Below are positions 63,472-64,000 of a DNA stretch of 64,000 nt, one piece after another. The position numbers and the translations under genes were made by a program. Under the pieces are notes generated by a model. That model saw only the letters and a program-made list of their open reading frames with translations, was not told the DNA's origin and searched no databases. Numbering within the stretch: position 1 is the first letter of the stretch; every line of letters begins with the position of its first letter. The stretch lies in NCBI GenBank assembly GCA_963696805.1, contig CAVOLF010000005.1, forward strand, positions 526,582 to 590,581, read 5' to 3'. Source of the stretch: an uncultured Rikenellaceae bacterium. Its GTDB lineage: Bacteria > Bacteroidota > Bacteroidia > Bacteroidales > VadinHA17.

Positions 63472-64000
63472 CTATAAGGTAAAAGTATCGAAGGGAATAA
63501 AGTCAATATCAGAGGCAACGACATTCTCGCGCACCTGTTCCGGGGTCTTTCCTCCCGGGATGACCGTATGGCAGGCCGGGTGCGAGATGCAGAACCTGAG
63601 GCTCAGCTGGGCTGTCGAGTATTGCGGAAACTGGTCGAACACCGGCTGGTATGACTCGAGGTCACTCAGGTAGCCGGCCAGCTTCTCGGGAGAGAGGTTA
63701 AACCTTCTGTGATCATTGTCGCCGAACGTAGAGGCGCTGTTGAATTTTCCGGAGAGAAATCCGAAGAGAAGGGGGATGCGGACTATTACTCCCGTGCCGT
63801 ATTTGAGGGCAATAGGGAAGAGCACCTCTTCGGCCTTCCGTTCAAGCAGGTTATATCTTACCTGTATGACATCAAGGAGTTCATGATGTCTCTCGAGTAT
63901 GTGTGCCTGTTCGGTCTCCATGAACGATTGAACGCTCCAGCCGGCATGTTTTATCTTTCCTGCTTTCTTAAGCCGTTCCAGTGCGAGCCATGGCTCATCC
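63472..64000 (-). CDS. Aldo/keto reductase (N-terminal part lies beyond window end)
   Basis: The frame is open to the window edge (...WLALERLKKAGKIKHAGWSVQS...). The C-terminal AQLSLRFCISHPACHTVIPGGKTPEQVRENV is typical AKR text. Confidence 0.8.
   Translation of the reverse strand, partial: DEPWLALERLKKAGKIKHAGWSVQSFMETEQAHILERHHELLDVIQVRYNLLERKAEEVLFPIALKYGTGVIVRIPLLFGFLSGKFNSASTFGDNDHRRFNLSPEKLAGYLSDLESYQPVFDQFPQYSTAQLSLRFCISHPACHTVIPGGKTPEQVRENVVASDIDFIPFDTFTL

Noticed and set aside
1-64000. Mobile elements, prophage, defence islands (restriction, CRISPR-Cas, toxin-antitoxin, retron-like genes) and RNA genes.
   Set aside because: No integrase, transposase, phage structural, Cas, reverse-transcriptase or recognisable toxin-antitoxin text appears in any long ORF. 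No rRNA or tRNA-like sequence was noticed in the spacers. The only nuclease-like candidate is the RmuC-like gene at 12210-13400.

Overview
Gene-dense 64-kb chromosomal window with about 60 protein genes. I saw no rRNA, tRNA, CRISPR array, integrase or transposase. All calls come from reading the supplied translations and the DNA by eye; no database search was possible.

The source looks like an anaerobic Bacteroidota-like organism. Support: many SC/SS-type lipoprotein signals, a TPR/LytS-type kinase with a LytTR regulator, GH92/GH20 glycosidases, TAnnTTTG-like -7 boxes, HydF, superoxide reductase, a Suf operon and multiheme cytochromes.

Main blocks:
- 1-4.5 kb: GH92 (partial), a lipoprotein and a histidine ammonia-lyase.
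- 4.8-9.5 kb: pentaheme cytochrome, a monoheme outer-membrane barrel and an S9 peptidase.
- 9.5-14.4 kb: hydF, an aspartase-like gene, an RmuC-like gene and a CarH-type B12/MerR regulator.
- 14.5-21.8 kb: fasciclin, pcm, a large outer-membrane protein, a sirtuin and an M28 peptidase.
- 21.9-24.8 kb: two adjacent decayed genes, one built from four ~302-bp tandem repeats.
- 25-34.8 kb: an AT-rich run of orphan exported proteins behind a kinase/LytTR pair.
- 35.7-39 kb: MarR, a P-type ATPase and a serpin remnant.
- 39-44.4 kb: flavin oxidoreductase, BASS transporter, GH20 and a nucleoside-hydrolase/FmdE fusion.
- 44.4-48.4 kb: a NapC/NirT-FGE-fold fusion plus two Tat-exported enzymes.
- 48.5-53.8 kb: membrane-NTPase fusion, AlkD-like protein, isochorismatase-like protein, NPP and queG.
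- 53.8-59.4 kb: sufB-C-D-S-E-T.
- 59.7-64 kb: a Pmp3-like small gene, M1 aminopeptidase, PH-domain protein, superoxide reductase and an aldo/keto reductase (partial).

Most notable observations:
- Two candidate periplasmic or outer-membrane electron-transfer modules.
- A short heptamer array (TAGGCAG)n-TAGTGA sitting at gene 3-prime ends, where it supplies stop codons in all three frames.
- A 9-mer GGACTTTNC intergenic repeat family.
- A localised cluster of frameshifted genes.
- A natural Ala-Cys-Gly MIO triad in the ammonia-lyase.
- A CarH-signature photoreceptor-type regulator with no carotenoid genes nearby.
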